Positions 30,740 through 43,559 of a DNA stretch of 64,000 nucleotides are shown in pieces. The stretch is taken from positions 45,559-109,558 of IMG/VR virus record IMGVR_UViG_2700988794_000001; one strand, 5' to 3'. The notes under the pieces were generated by a model. The model was not told the DNA's origin. It saw only the letters and a list, made by a program, of their open reading frames with translations, and made no database searches. Both the position numbers and the translations under genes were made by a program. Each line of letters opens with the position of its first letter. Within the stretch, counting starts at the first letter, position 1. Source of the DNA: a virus. Lineage: Duplodnaviria > Caudoviricetes.

Positions 30740-33700
30740 ATGGCCCGCAATATCCGCATCGACGCAAACAAGTGCTACTGGTTCAACACCCTGAACGACG
30801 CACTCGCCTCCGAGAACCTCGTAAACCTGTGGCCGTTCGGCAAGACCATGCTCTACGGCGAGACCGTGGGCTTCGCTGCCGCCGGGCGCTGGATCAGCGT
30901 CTATCGCTCCGAGAGCGGTCGCTATGAGCGGCCAATCCACTACGCCACCCTGATGGAAGACACCTACCCCAGGGAGGCAGCGTAATGGCCAAGTTCAGAC
31001 CGCATAGGGCTCGCTCGCCGACGCCATGGCGGAAGTGAAGGAAATAAACAACCGGGCGGCGCTGATCGCCCTGATCAAGGCAGAACTCGATCCCTTCAGC
31101 CCGGTCGAGCATCCGCTGGCGCAATACGACCGTGTCACGCTGGTCAAGCCCTACGGCTGGGATGAGCGCATTGGCTGGGAGACGCATATCGTCCTGGTCA
31201 GCGGCTACGGCGTCTTCGGCTTCACCGATGGACCACTGGAGGAATAGCCATGGGCCTCTCCTCCAGCAAGATAGAGGCTGCGTTGATCGCAGAGGGTGCC
31301 CACCCAAGCGTCAGCGTAGTGAGGCACAAGCAGCGTGGTAAGCCGTGGTATCAGATAGTGTCGCCTGACATACTGGCTGGCACAGTCATCGCCATGCGTG
31401 AAGACTGCACCGATCTAAAACTGTCCGACCCTATAGAGGAGTGGATAGCTGCTACAACCGAGAGAGAAAGGCATCGAGCCTATGAAGAAGGAATACACCA
31501 TCCACATGGGCTCGTGCCCTCCGCCGGTCATCGAAGCTGATAGCGCCGAGGAAGCACTGGTCATTCTGCGCGAAGCCGCCAAAGAGCAGGGCATGTATCT
31601 CCCGGTCCCTTATACCGTCAAGGTGACCGCTGAAGACTTCGAAGGCGAGGTGACGGCGTGAGTGAGAACGTCCTCATCTGCGTACTGACAGTGGTCGTGA
31701 TCGGCTACATCGCTTTCGTCCTGCACACGGTCGGCGCGTTTTAGGTGCAACCTGTTGCACGGTAGTGGTTGACAAAGGATCGGTTTCTCGTTAGATTATA
31801 AGCATCAAAGGAGAACCACGCCAATGAACACCACCTTCGCCCTGATCGCCTTCCTCGCCCTCAACCCTGCCGAACCGCAGGAGATGGACGCCTTCAAGAT
31901 CGACTACGCCATGAGCGAGCAGGATTGCTACGAGGCAGTCAAGCACGTGCAGCGCTTCGAGATCGCTCCCGGCGTCACTGCCGTCATCCAGCCCGAGAAC
32001 CTCTCATGCGAGGAGGAGTACAAGTGAGCGAGATAATCCTGAAGGTGAGCATCACCCTGTCCGATGAGCCTAGCCCGGACGAGCGTCGGGATGTCGAGCA
32101 TTACATCGCCATGGCGCTGAAGAGCGTAGAGGGCATGCGTCCTACCCGGCGCGCGCCCCTCACCATCAATCGCGCTTTCATCGTGGAGGAAGAGAAGTGA
32201 GCATCGCCGCCATCATCGCAGCCGCTGCCGCATCCACGCAGATGCAGATCATGCATCAGGAGCAGTTGCACCAAGCCGCCGCCTTCCTGTTGCGCCCGCA
32301 GCCCACGCGCTTGTCAGTGAGCAACGTCGATACCAGGAAGGCCGATCCTTCTATCCCGGCCCCTACGGAGTGGAAGCCATGAACACCGCCCTCCTCAAAC
32401 TGGCAAGCGTTCGACGCCAAGGGTATCGCCGCTGGGACGTGCCCGGCAAGGCTGACAGATACGTCGCCTTCAAGTACACCACGCTCTACGCCAGCGGCAA
32501 GGCACGTGAGCGCTGGCTGGTCTGGCATATCCATCCGCACCATAGTGGCAGTGGCGGCATCCATGTTGACTACTCGCAAAGGCACTATGCCGAGGCGCTG
32601 GATAAGGCGCTGACATGGGTAGGCCGTGCGTTCGATCCTGCCCGCGCAGTAGGAAGGAAGAAGCCATGACCCTGAAACTGTCCAAGCATATTCTCGATAG
32701 CGAGAAGAAAACCGAGGTCGCTATCAACGAGCTTGCTACGTGGCTCTACGAGAACAGTGCGGCCTTCGATGAGCCGGGCACGGTAAGCACGCAGTCTGCA
32801 AGGGCGCTGGCGGAACGCATGATAGAGGAGGCAAGCCGTGAGAAGCATCCGTCTCGATGACGCCCGGCGCACAGAGAGCCCTACCGAAAAGGTGATGATG
32901 TTCACCTGCCCGGAGCGCGACTTCATTGAGGGCATGGAGAGTGCCTGGAAGCTCGGCTACCTCGCAGGCGGCGGCAAGGATACGTTCGTGGATGTAGCAT
33001 GGGGCATGTCAGAGATGCGTGCGCTCCTGATCGCCAGAGGATACGAAGCGTGAAACATGTTGCACGGCGAAACGTCCGCCTCGACGGGGAGCGCCAGCGG
33101 CCAGCCCCTGTACGCTACTACCAGTGCTCCGGCTGCAACCGGCGCTGCGATGATCCAGTATATGACTTGGATATGATCCGGGAAGCAGGGTGTATATCGT
33201 GCTGCCCTGAACGCAAGATGAAGCTATACGTCGATCACAAACTGGTGAAGAAGTAGCCATGAGAAAAGTACGCCTGGAAGAACCGAAGCCGCCGTCCGAG
33301 ACCACCATCGTCACGCTGTCTGTCCCGGCAGGCATCGACGTGGCCGATCTGGTCCGGCGCTACAACGAGCAGTGCGAAGCCAATGGCCTGCCGCCGATCC
33401 TCGACGCCAAGCTGGTGGATATCGAGAAGGCCAGATGGCCTGCCGCCTACCATGAGTACCGCGAGCGCCTGGAATACCTCAACCGTGGCAAGAAGCCCTC
33501 CACGCCCTTGACCATGGAGGTGTTCGGCACCAAGCTACAGCAGATTATGGAGCGCACCGGATGGCCTGCCAGTTCTGCCACCGGCCTGATCCTCATACAG
33601 GAGCACCCAGACATTGCCTAAGAGACATGTTCGCCTGGACGATCAGCGCCAGAAGCCCAAAGTCAAAGAGACCAAGCTGAAGATCACGCCCCTATCCGAC

Positions 33701-34171
33701 CTCACCCGAGAGGAGCTTGTCGAGCGTTGGGCTGGCATCAATCGTATGAGCGTGGACATCGAGAGCATCGACTATGCATCGCTCATCCGACCCTCGGGCG
33801 CTGCCATCACTCCGGCCAGGGTACGCAACAGCATGATAGTCAACACTGACGAGGGCGCTGTCTTTCGCTTGGAACTAGACGGCAACCCTATAGAGCTAAC
33901 GCGAGATGTCATAGGCGGAAACCGCAGATCGGCACAGATCGGCAGGGACTACGGCATAGGCGGGTACGACACCGCCGAAAGCGGCTTCCTGCAAAGGGCA
34001 CAGGAGATGACTACGCCGCGTCCTCCTGAAGCTCAGCGCGCCCGGCCTCCCTTTCCCGGCTGGTCAAACTGGTATCTCTCCCACACCGACGAAGACGGCA
34101 ACCGCCATGAGGTCAGGGTGCATAACACCTCGGGCAACACAGAGCGCCGCGTGATCAGACGCATCCCTTGA
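30740..34171 (+). other. run of small hypothetical CDSs
   Basis: 30740-30985, 30985-31247 (fs), 31250-31540, 31824-32027, 32024-32200, 32197-32382, 32379-32669, 32666-32860, 32838-33053, 33050-33256, 33259-33621, 33614-34171; overlapping start/stop codons. Confidence 0.7.
31746..31797 (+). promoter_or_regulatory. palindrome + phage promoter
   Basis: TTGACA 31769-AAGGATCGGTTTCTCGT-TAGATT. Confidence 0.85.
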
Positions 34172-34175
34172 TCGG

Positions 34176-34227
34176 TGCAACCCGTTGCAACTTAGGTGTT
34201 GACAAAGGATCGTTCCCAAGTTAGATT
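34176..34227 (+). promoter_or_regulatory. palindrome + phage promoter
   Basis: TTGACA 34199-AAGGATCGTTCCCAAGT-TAGATT. Confidence 0.85.
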
Positions 34228-34257
34228 TGATCATTGCCAACCAAGGGGAGAACCGCC

Positions 34258-35420
34258 ATGGCAGACGAAAGCTACATTGTCCTCTACCGCCTTGGCGGAT
34301 GGGCCACTTGCGAGTGGAGACGCACCGCCAACATCATTGGCACCCTGGAGCGCGCCGAGGCTGAAGTCGCCTCGTTGGAGCGCATGGGCTTCAAGGCCAT
34401 TTACCGCACCCAGGCGGAGCACGACTTGATCGGCTTCCCGCTCGGCTGGCACTGGAAGGTCGTAGACCACGCCATGGACACCATCAACATCACCCCGTGG
34501 GAGAGCCAGCACAGCATCCACCCGTCGCGCTTCGAAGAAGTCCGTGCCCTGGTCGAGAGGGAGCGCCTGAAGTGAGAAGCTTCCAGGAGAGCAAAGACGC
34601 CATGCTGCACCACCTCGACGGCGCAGGCGAGCTTGGCTGGATATTCTCGCGGCTCTCCGCCTATGAGAAGGAAGTGGCGCATGCGCTCATCTCCGAGGGG
34701 CTGGCAGTGATCGCCAACAGTCGTCTTGTGCTGACAGAGGAAGGAAAGGAGCACCTGAAGTGAAGCCAGCCGTAGGTCAACAGGTCAGAGGGCGCTTGCC
34801 CTTCATCACGGGCATCAAAACCTGTGTCATCGTCGCCCGGCGCGTACCCAAGGAAGGCGAGTACGCCATGAGCAGGGACGGTTCGTTCTTCCGGCGGCAG
34901 GGCAGCAAGTTCCTCTCTAAGGTGGACGCCGCCCGCGAATACTGGATCATAGAGGAAGTGAAATGACCCGAGAGCAACTCGAAGCCATGCGCAAGAGCGT
35001 CGAGACCAGCTTCCACTTCCATACGCGAGCCAAGGACAAGGCCGAGTATGATCGGAAGATGAACCGCAACGACAGTAGCCCGGAACGCGACATGCACCAG
35101 ACGGTGGCCTGTGTCTGCAACGTGTTGCACAAGGCGCTTGTCGCCGCCATCAACGTCACGGCTGACGACAAATGAAGCGGCATGTCCGCCTAGACGACAA
35201 CAAGCCCCGCCAGGGCAAGCGTAGGCCCCAGAGCGACTATGAGGCCTACCTGGGGCGGATATGCGGCTGCATGCACCCGAACGCACACCCGCCCTGCTCC
35301 GGCTGCACGAGCGCCATTGACGAAGAGCAGTTCGAAAAGGAAATGGCCGAGGAACTGGCAGACTGCCTGTCCACCTATAGGGCCATAAGTCATATCATCG
35401 AGAGGCACCATGACTACTAA
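34258..35420 (+). other. run of small hypothetical CDSs
   Basis: 34258-34575, 34572-34763, 34760-34966, 34963-35175, 35172-35420; coupled ATGA/GTGA junctions. Confidence 0.7.
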
Positions 35421-35823
35421 GCACCACGCCCTTCCGGCTCCCTGCAAGTCCTGCCCCTACCGCAAGGACGTTCCTTCCGCCATATGGGCAGAGGAGGAGT
35501 ACGAGAAACTACCCATGTTCGATGGAGAGATCGTAGAGCAGGTGATCAACGGCGGCACCCAGCTTTTCCTCTGTCATCAGCGCAACAACGCCTTGTGCTC
35601 CGGCTGGCTTGGCTGTCACGGCCCCGAGAACCTTCTAGCGCTCCGCCTGCATGGCAACGAGGTAGAGCCCGAGGTGTTCGACTACCAGACAGACGTGCCG
35701 CTCTTCTCCTCCGGCGCTGAAGCCGCCGCCCATGGCATGAAGGACATGGCCAAGCCCTCGGAAGCAGCCGAGCGTACCATGGGGCGTCTCCTGAAGAAGA
35801 AAGGTATCAAGACCCGTGATTGA
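35410..35823 (+). CDS. DUF6283-like Cys-rich protein
   Basis: PCKSCPYRKDVPS..W..EEYEKL..FLCH..CSGW. Confidence 0.7.
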   Translation: MTTKHHALPAPCKSCPYRKDVPSAIWAEEEYEKLPMFDGEIVEQVINGGTQLFLCHQRNNALCSGWLGCHGPENLLALRLHGNEVEPEVFDYQTDVPLFSSGAEAAAHGMKDMAKPSEAAERTMGRLLKKKGIKTRD

Positions 35824-36087
35824 CGAAATCGTAGCCAAGCACGTCGCCCGGCAGCTAAGGCGCATCGCCTCCAACTGGTGTGACCACAACCACTTGTCCG
35901 GCCCTGAAGCCATACACCAATGCGCCAATGACCTGGACCCACCGAAGGAGTGGTTTGATCCTGTAGCAGCCACGCTGCTTGGGTTCGTCAACGAAAGCCG
36001 TGTCAGTCGCGGCCTCCCTCCGCATCAGCGTCCAGGTGCGCCAGATGCACCTGACCTACCGAAAAGCAGGAAGGTCGATCTTAGCCC

Positions 36088-36129
36088 TTGACAAAGGATC
36101 GGTTCCAAGTTACTTTGCAACATGTTTCA
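36088..36129 (+). promoter_or_regulatory. phage promoter with a downstream palindrome variant
   Basis: TTGACA-AAGGATCGGTTCCAAGT-TACTTT, then TGCAACATGTTTCA. Confidence 0.8.
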
Positions 36130-39100
36130 AAGGGGAACCGACATGACTAAGAAGCCCACCATCACCATCGTCCTCAAGCCGGTCGAGCCCACCGCCGACG
36201 AACTGGCATGGGACCAGAAGGTTCGCAACGAAGCCGCACGCCGAGGAGGCGTCTATTAATGAGCTACAGCACGCTCTACATTCTCAACCAGAAGAGCACG
36301 CGCGAGGTCGCCGAGTACCGCAACGGATGGGGCAGCGGCCCTATGTGCTGGGATTACCTCGCCGACAAGTACCTGGGGCATCTCAACTTCACTGACTATA
36401 ACCGCACCGATTACATCGGCTTCGAGCGCAAGTGGAAGATGGTCTGGGATTTGGCCAACGATCCCAAGCTCCAGCGCTGCGAGCACATCGCCATGCGCAT
36501 GACCTTTGACGGCGCATACGCTGCCAACGCAGACCTGAAAGAAGTCGGCGAGCTTTGCCAAGAGTTCTTTACCCTGGTCTGCAAGGACACGAAGCGGCTC
36601 GGCATGGTCAACCACTTCATGGTGCTCGGCCTCGACTTGGTGAAGCTCTCGAAAGAGCGGCGTCGTTCCCGGCACATGCGCGGCGCAGTGCTGAACTGCA
36701 CGTCTGTCAATAACGTCTGGTGGACGCCGACCCAGGAACTGCTCGGCAAGGCGTGGTCGATCATGGATGAGTTCCGGTCTCAAGAAAAGGAATGGCTCGA
36801 TGGCCTACGGTGATTACAATGGCCCTGACAAGCCCGACAAGGGCCATGAGGGCGGTTCCTGCAACAGAGGGCGGTGCCAGTCCTCTCCGGCCCTCTACTA
36901 CAACCACGGCTCATTCTCGTGGTACTGCCTCGATTGCCGGAACCAGATCGCCCTCGACCCGGTCAACCGCAGAAGCTGGCAGAAGGACTTCGAGCCCACG
37001 TGCCATCATCAGCAGTTCGAGACCCGCGCCGAGATGGACAAGCGCAAGGCCGAGGCGCACCTCTACGAGGAGTTCGATGACTGCGTCTGGAGCGGCCTCT
37101 ACTGTAACAGCGTGACCGCCCACGACATGATGATCGACCTGATGATCAAGCATGACCTCGGCTTCATGCAGAACCCCGGCGGCGGACAGTTCACCCACCG
37201 TGCAACAGGTTTCAACTGCCAAGTCACCTTGTGTGACGAAGTCCTGGACCTGAACACCCTCCGCAACGCCATCAAGGAGAAGTTCGGTGCCTCCACTGAA
37301 TAAGAACGCCGCCTTGCTCGAAGCCATCCGTGGCGATGGCGAGCACGGCACCATCAAAGAGCACCGGGATTTGCTCATCAACCTCCGAGACGGCGCGCTG
37401 AAGGGCGGTCATTTCGAATGGGCAGTTCCCCTTTCCCACACCATAGCCTACCTGTCCAAGCTGGCAGAGGCCGCAGGAGTTGAAGTCTGATGCCACAAGT
37501 TTACATCCCCGAAATCGGCGACCTCTGGAAGCTGGAAACGCCCTGGGATTTCACCCTTTATAACGAGTATCGCAACAGCGATCTCTGGGAAGCCTGAACG
37601 CTGACCACCATCCGTCACTCCAGGCCGTCCGCGACCAAGTCGCCGCTGTGGACGCCGAGATGAGGGCTCTCGAAAACAGCATGATCACGCAGCCCGTCCC
37701 TCATACCGTCTGGCGCAGCGGACGCTACGAGGAAGTCACCCACCAGCGGAAGGTCTTTCCCAGCGCAGAAGTCCAGAACCGCTTCTACGAGTTGCGCAAT
37801 GAGCGCTACGGGCTCTGGAATAACCGCAGCATACCGGCCACCCTCCCGCGCGGCACAATCCTCCGGGTGGATCGCATCTACATCCGCAAGGGCAACGAGG
37901 ATTACTCCTCGCTGTCGTTCTACATCACAGAGACGGCCCATGCGGCGCTTCAGCCGGTCAAGACGAAGAAGGGCTTCAAGAAAGGCCGGAAGCGTTTCTG
38001 GGCCAAGCTCGCAGAGGTGAACACCCTCCGCGTCGAACACGTGCAACCTGTTGCAGAGGTGGCAGCGTAATGCGCTCTTGGTCGATCCAGGTCCACTACC
38101 AGACGCAAGACGATGCGGGGCGCACCTTTCGCGCTACCGCCGTCTTCCACTGCGAAGCCGCCGACATTCCGTCCGCCTATCAGGCGGCAGCAGAAGCGTT
38201 CGGTCCCGACAAAAAGCTTGGCGCGATCATGCCGGGCAAACACTTGAGGTTCCCATGACTGTCTTCGACGCCAGCCACTATACGTGGCCCTATTCGGTCA
38301 AGTACCTGCAAGAGACGCCGATGTTCTCCGATTGGATGATCTTTGGCGAGTACCCTGGCACTGACCTCGTGGATATCGCCGACACTGCGCGTGGTAACTC
38401 TGACATCATGCTCAAGGTGCCGCGTGCCAAGGCCGAAAAGATCGTGGCGGCTCGCGAGGAGTTCGCCCGCAAGCTGCTCGTCATAATGAACGATACGGAG
38501 CCGACATGAACGTGCAGAACCAAGTCATCTCAGCCTGATCCGGGGTTTGGGCTACCGGGTGGCGCGTGGCTTGCCATGGTGGCTTGCCGCGCTTGTCCTC
38601 CTCGGCTTCTATCTCTTCGGAGGCAAGGCATGAGCAAGAACCTCGATAAAGGATGGCGCTGCTTTCACTGCGATGAGTTCTTCGAGCACTCGCAAGCGGC
38701 CCGTGAGCACTTCGGCTATACCGAAGACGCCAAGCCCGCCTGCCTGATCGCCAACGCTGATCGCGGCCTCCTCAAGCAACTGAGAGAGACCGAACGCGAG
38801 CTTGCCAACCTCTGGGTATCCGTGCACAACGAAGGCACTGAAGCCGCCCGCGCAATGCTGGCGCAGGACAGTCGGCACTACACCCAACTCATCCAGGCTG
38901 AAGAAAGCGGATACGCTCGCGCGCTCCGAGACGCCGCCGAGGCGCGGGAATTCCGGCACGGGCAACACCTCTTCAACAAGGCCCAAGAGCTTGGGTGGAA
39001 GCAGGACGATACAGAAGGCCCCTACGAGTTCGTATCCCGCAAGCATTACGAGCAGGGATGGGAAGATGCCAAGAAGCAGGAGGGCGGAGAGCGATGATCA

Positions 39101-39797
39101 CCAAGATAAGAATGCTGGCAGCGACAACGCTGATGTGGATCGGCGCTAACGTAGGCCCACGAGAGATGCGCCCTGTCATCACGAGTATGATCGACGCTTG
39201 GGCTGGCATCCCCGGCCAACGTCACCAAGGCCGCACGGGCGGCTTGATCATGGCTCCCTGGTGGGTAGACATCAAAGGCGAGAACCTTGCCCGGCAGCAG
39301 TACAAGGAATGCACCCAGACCGCCTACCACGTCCGGCAGTACATTGAGAACCCTCCTCCGCCTGGATTGTGCGGCGAGATACCCCTTCCACTGGAGCCGA
39401 GGGACGTGCCATGAGCCGCGTCAGCAACTTCTGCATCATCGGCCCTTCCGCCTACGAGGGAGACTACCTTCAGCAACTGAATAATGCCCTCTTCGACCTT
39501 GGTACTAATGATCAGTTTTTCTCGCATCTGACCGGAGAGGGCGGCGCTAAGCACTACGAGTGGTTTATCTACGGCATGGCGGGCGACTTCATGGACGAGA
39601 CGATGGTCATGGCCGCTATGCAGGCGGTGCCCTGGGAGAACCGGCTGGCGTCATTCTCGTATATAAAGAGCAGGATGACGAGGCACCTCACGTCCTGGAG
39701 TGGCGGGAAAGCATGGAAGACGAACCTGTGGTCCGTCCGCCCCCGCCTCAGACCATGAAGCAGCCGAAGGGATCGCGGAAGACCCGCATCGACTGAG

Positions 39798-39849
39798 TGC
39801 AACTTGTTGCAAGGGAATGCTTGACAAAGGATCGTTCCCTTGTTACTCT
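39798..39849 (+). promoter_or_regulatory. palindrome + phage promoter
   Basis: TTGACA 39821-AAGGATCGTTCCCTTGT-TACTCT. Confidence 0.85.
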
Positions 39850-41408
39850 ACATCATTGAATAGGAGAACCACCATGCTCATGAAACTCGTTGTCGAGAGC
39901 ACTAAAAAGGTAGACTACGGCACCCAAAAGGCCGAGATCACCTTCAAGGGCAGTTCGCCAGAAGGCGTGGCGCGCGCCGTCGAGCGCTACTTGCGCGACC
40001 TCGGCATGAACGGCCCGTCCTACTCCTACACCCTTGAGCAACTGGTGGATAAGCGGTGAGCAGGCATACGTGGCAAGAACTGGTGGCTCCGCACGTCCGG
40101 CGCTTCACCGTAGCGGCCAAGTTCGGCGGCTCGGCGTCCTGGAATGCAGAGGGCTCCGCTGCCATGGCAGAACTGCTCTCCACCATGGCCAAGATCATTG
40201 ACGAAGAAGTGCTCGCCCGGTCGCATGAGGGCGTTGCCCAGGCCGAAGCCCGCGCTCTCGGCAATAAGGCCGCACAGAAGCTCGTAGAGGCCCTAGAGAG
40301 GGATATGCGGCGCATGCACGGCATCATACCGCCGGAATACAAGCTCGTCGCCAAGCTCTACAAGGCGCACAGGAGGGGCAAGTGAACAGACGCGTCCGGC
40401 TGGCAGACAGAGCGCCGAAGTCCTTCAAAGAGAGGATGATCCAGGCCGCAAAGGAAGGCGAGGAGCTTCGCCGGGCAAAGGTCGTCAAGAAGTTATGGCG
40501 GCTCTCCCAGAGGGACCGGTCGGAGTACGACACTTATGACCGCGCCGTCGTGGTTGCCGTCAACGAAGACATGGCCAGACGGATACATCCGAACAATCCG
40601 GCAGCAGCGGATTATGATTGGAGCAAAGACGACACATGGGCTCGCTCTCCAGAGCACGTGACCGTCAAGTACCTCGGCATATGTGAAGACGACAGTTATG
40701 ATCTGGGAGATGTCGTCTGTGAGAGTTTTAACGCAGGCTGAAAGGAGCCAAAATGAGTACGCATATCATGCATTACGTTGTCTGGGGCGTGAAGCTTCCC
40801 GACTTCGACCACGATGAGCAGGAGGAGCTTATCGACAAGTACAAGTCCGACCGGTATTCCCGCAAGAAGACCAAGCAGGACAACGCGGTCGATGATATCT
40901 CGCTGGTCTGCTCCGGCATGGACGACTTCGAGTATTTCGCCGGGCACGTCGCCCGCATGGCCGATGGCTACGATGGCGAGGGCATCGACTACATCAGCCT
41001 GCCCGCGATCCCCGAGAAGGCAGACGAGTGGATGCAGGCCACATTCCGGCTCTGTGAAAAGCTCGGCCTGCCAAAGCCCGCCGGATACGATTTCGGCTGG
41101 CACGTTTTCACGCAGTGGACTTAACCGGCGAGGAGCCAACCATGAAAGAGTACCTGTTCTACATCGCGGAAGAAGATGAAACCAAAGGCACGCCCGTGCT
41201 GATCGTCTCCCGCGAATATTGGGAAGCGGAACACGCCATCGAAAGCGTGCACCTCTTTGACGACCTCCAGGATCGTCTTCCCGAGTGCATCAGCGATGAG
41301 CTTGCCGAAAGCATGTTCGTCTCTGACAAGGGCCGCGATGACACCAAGGCCGACATGGAAGCCGCTGGTTTCATCTGGGAACCGGCACTGGCCAACGCGG
41401 GTCAATAA

Positions 41409-41560
41409 CCCGTCCGGGCTAGCCCGAAAGAACCCTATCAAATGTCAGTGATCAGGGTTACAAGTGTCGCCGTGGGTGTTGGGGTTTCAGTTGCGCCCAC
41501 GGAACGACCTGTTAGTGAGCGAGTAACAGGAGCCCTTCTATTCACCCTTTCGAAGGGTTC
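41409..41560. ncRNA. candidate structured non-coding RNA
   Basis: ORF-free gap containing five consecutive stem-loops. Confidence 0.35.
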
Positions 41561-41617
41561 CTGTTGCAACCTGTTGCATGCCGCGCTACGGTAGATTTAG
41601 CAACAGGAGAGGGCTCT

Positions 41618-43476
41618 ATGGCAACTGCACCGAAAATCTTCGCCAGCGGCATCATGCTCGGCAATCCCAAACTCAGCAACGAAGTGATCATCCCCGTGTA
41701 CGAGGCACCCGTCATGCCTCCATCTTACACGTTATGGACCGGCGCGAATAACAAGTACGGCTTCCTCGGCAACATGGTCACCGAAGCCAATGCACCCGCC
41801 GGGCAGTTCATCGGCGCGGTCAAGGCGATCAACCATCCCAACCCTGCCGCCGTCTACTCGATGAGCGGCCAGACAGCGGGCCTCGGCATCCTGGCCGACA
41901 CCGGCTTGATCTATGTGGTCAACGGCACATTGCTGGCGGTCGGCACCAGAACGATCACCATTACCGCGACCAACAGCCTCGGCAGTTCTTCGACCACGCT
42001 ACAGATCAAAGTCGTCGGCACCGCCACCAACGTCATCTACATCGATCCGCTCGGCGGCGCGGACGCCAACACCGGCATCAAGCCATCCCAGGCGATCAAG
42101 ACGTGGGCCGGGCGTAGCGGCAAGGGCTCCGGCACCAAGACCTACCTGATCAAGAACGGCTCCAACCTTGTCGCGGCTGTCACCCTGGCGAATGGCGAGA
42201 CGATTGGCGCTTATGGCGACCCGTCGCAGCCCCGCGCGAAGATCACCACCACCGCCAACTTCGGCGTCACCGGCACGAGCCTGAACAACGCCACGGTCAA
42301 AGACCTGGATATCACCGCAGCCCAGCGCGCCATCCATATCAGCGTCGGCAGCAACTTCGACGTTCGCCGCTGCACCTTCCGGGTGCCCACGGACGGCACC
42401 AACCGCGCTCCCTTCTATACGACCGGCATGACCGGCCTGAAGCTGCTCCATTGCTGGGTGCCTGCCAACTCCTACGGCGACAACGTCTACTGCCGTGGCC
42501 TCAAGAATGCCGAGATCGCATACAACCTGCTTGAGACGCCGCTCGGCAGCACGGCTGACAACCTCCAGGTCACCTCGGAGCGCAACTCGGCCTACCTCTG
42601 CAACGACGTGTGGATACATCATAACACGATGATCAACATGGGCGGCACCTCGGCCAAGGGCAACTGCGTGATCGAAGGTTGCGTGCGTGCCTGGTAGAAG
42701 ACAACGACTTCAGCGGCCTCTATTTCTGCCTGTCGTCGGTCTCCTCGCTGAACACGCTGCGCAACAACCGCATGAACAACGCCACCTATAGCTCCAACTC
42801 GTTCACCATGGGTATCGGCTCGACATACAGCATTGGTGACCAGCAGTGGTACGATAACCACGCATTCGGGCCGGGCAACCGCGCCTTTGTCATCTCTGGA
42901 TCGGGCGAGGCCTCCGGCGCTCCGTTGTGGTCGCGCTACGACCTGGAAATCAACGACAACATCGGCGAAGGCCACACGACGTTCTTCTTCCAGAACCGCC
43001 TGATGTCCGGATACTTCCAGAACAACGTCGGGCAGTCCAACGTCAGCAATACTGTGACCGGCGTGACCACCGTGGCGACCGGCGGCGACTATACCACCCG
43101 CACCGTCACCCCGAACTTCCTCAACGCCGCGCCTGGACCCGTCTGCACCGCCAAGGGACAGGTCACAGGCACGGTCCAGGATGGTCAGACGGTCACCGTG
43201 TCGGCTCCGACCTTCGAGGGCGCTGTCAGCATCCAGTACCAGTGGCGCTTGAACGGCAAGTACGTCGCGGGCGCAACCACGCAGAGCTTCACCATCCCGG
43301 CGGGCTTCAGCGCCACGGTCTCTGATAGGGTGCCCACCACGGCGGCGACCGGCTTCCCTGGCGGCTCGGCTGGCGAACTGTCCTGCATCACCCGTGGCGT
43401 GGACGCGGCTGGCAACGTCATGATCGCTCCGGCCAAGTTCGCAAATGACGAATACTACATGCCCATCGCCGCATAG
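41618..43476 (+). CDS. right-handed beta-helix (pectin-lyase-like) fibre/depolymerase-like protein with Ig-like domains (frameshift ~42690)
   Basis: YIDPLGGADANTG..A.KT motif, Asn/Gly/Thr-rich repeats, C-terminal YQWRLNG..VAGAT Ig-like unit. Confidence 0.7.
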
Positions 43477-43478
43477 CG

Positions 43479-43533
43479 TGCAACACGTTGCACCATCTTA
43501 GTCCTTGACAAAGGATTGTTCCCCTGTTACTGA
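43479..43533 (+). promoter_or_regulatory. palindrome + phage promoter
   Basis: TTGACA 43505-AAGGATTGTTCCCCTGT-TACTGA. Confidence 0.75.
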
Positions 43534-43559
43534 TCTAGCGTCTTTAACAGGGGATTTTC

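Larger units (their letters stand above)
35816..41408 (+). other. run of small hypothetical CDSs
   Basis: 35816-36091, 36259-36813, 36800-37303, 37287-37490, 37490-38070 (fs), 38070-38258, 38255-38509, 38630-39097, 39411-39796 (fs), 39874-40059, 40056-40385, 40382-40741, 40753-41124, 41142-41408. Confidence 0.7.

Noticed and set aside
26375-34227. Repeated palindrome/promoter units read as a CRISPR array or integron attC cassette array
   Set aside because: Spacing is hundreds to thousands of bp with whole operons in between; repeats match promoter geometry; no cas1/cas2 or integrase; no attC structure
41409-41560. tRNA or hammerhead ribozyme
   Set aside because: No cloverleaf or T-loop, and no CUGANGA/GAAA core on either strand
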